Of a stretch of DNA of 64,000 nucleotides, positions 62,841 to 64,000 are shown one piece after another. Each line of letters begins with the position of its first letter. Within the stretch, counting starts at the first letter, position 1. The stretch is from Octopus sinensis. Taxonomy: Eukaryota. The notes beneath the pieces were generated by a model, which saw only the letters and a list, made by a program, of their open reading frames with translations, did not search any database and was not told the origin of the DNA. Made by a program: the position numbers and the translations under genes. The stretch lies in NCBI RefSeq assembly GCF_006345805.1, contig NC_043022.1, forward strand, positions 5,022,001 through 5,086,000. The letters are read 5' to 3'.

Positions 62841-63352
62841 GATAACCACTAGGTGGATAACCAATATGCTAGAAGATCACATACGATCTAACTACAAAGA
62901 AAAGATGTTCTCTAGAGAAATTCAGCAAACACCAGAACATAAGCAGGTAAGACAGATGAAAATATATAAAAATCAAGAATTAATCGTAGACCTGTTTCGT
63001 CTATTACTGATAATTACTTATGTAATTTTTTCGTCCTTAGACGTGTGCATAGTTTTACCGGTAGAACTATGCACACGTCTAGTTTTATAAGGACAACTAG
63101 TGTTTAGTTTTACAAATTATATTGAATTGGAACGATCGTACTGACGATTCTAAGGACGAAAAAATTACATAAGTAATTATTGGTAATAGACAAAAAGGTC
63201 TACGATTAATTCTTGATTTTTATATATTTTCATCTGTCTTACCCGCTTATGTTCTGGTGTTTGCTGAATTTCTCTAGAGAACATTCTTTTCTTTGTAGTT
63301 AGATCGTATGTGATCTTCTTCTAGCATATTGGTTATCCACCTAGTGGTTATC
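62841..63352. repeat. ~510 bp inverted-repeat hairpin with complementary halves of an HHR motif and an inner hairpin
   Basis: Arms ~200 bp. Inner IR is GACGTGTGCATAGTT TTACCGGTAG AACTATGCACACGTC. HHR parts at 62983-63042 (-) and 63135-63206 (+). Confidence 0.85.
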
Positions 63353-63456
63353 GCTTATTATACACATCTATGGGAATTTTTTCTGATTTTTCAGATTTTC
63401 TAGATGCTAGTTTTAATTGATATTAATTAAATTAATATTCAATTTATCACCCTCGT

Positions 63457-63533
<77 letters not shown>

Positions 63534-63562
63534 CATATATACATATATACATATATATATAT

Positions 63563-63619
<57 letters not shown>

Positions 63620-64000
63620 TATATATATATACACATATATATGTGTCTGTGTGCATGTTTATGCTTGTCCCCTACCATTGAGTGAAAACTAGTGTTTGTT
63701 CAGTTATGTCCCTGTAACTTACCAATTCAGAAAAAGAGACTGATAGAATAAGGACAGGGGTTGATTTTTTTGATTAGCCATTCAAGGCAGAGCCCCAGCA
63801 TGGCCACAGTCCAATGACTGAAACAAGTAGGAAAATAATTTTCCACTGGGAAATTTGGCTGCTATTTCTAGCAGAAGAAGTGACCATTGAGAGCTTCTTT
63901 TCTTGTGCTGCTTTGAATTGCTTGTATGAATTATTAAGTCTTATATGTATGTATACATGTGTGTAAATATAAATCTGTCTGTCTATGTGTGTATATATAA

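Overview
AT-rich, microsatellite-saturated animal non-coding DNA (intron or intergenic). The SINE families and repeat style suggest an octopus genome, which is my inference and not a database result. There is no complete host gene, no rRNA or tRNA gene and no CRISPR array. Most long ORFs in the supplied track are translations of microsatellites. Recognisable content: dozens of copies of at least four tRNA-derived SINE families, RTE-LINE 3' tails, CR1, RTE and R4/Dong LINE fragments, mariner, maT and Tc1 remnants, a full-length decayed Penelope-like element (PLE) at 40948-45210, and a few weak candidate host exons. Two signals stand out. (1) About a dozen loci from several apparently unrelated short repeat families carry type-I hammerhead-ribozyme (HHR) folds. 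These include all five long (160-510 bp) inverted-repeat hairpins and the PLE's terminal repeats. Two copies have an intact canonical core and all three stems (298-364, 22806-22869); others show core variants, notably an apparent compensatory G3:C8 swap at 49075-49201. (2) A ~2 kb element with a target-site duplication, inserted into a SINE (19632-21608), encodes only a gag/ORF1-like CCHC protein and no reverse transcriptase, i.e. a candidate half-LINE (HAL1-like) non-autonomous retroelement. One SINE family also inserts three times at the same AAATACC motif.
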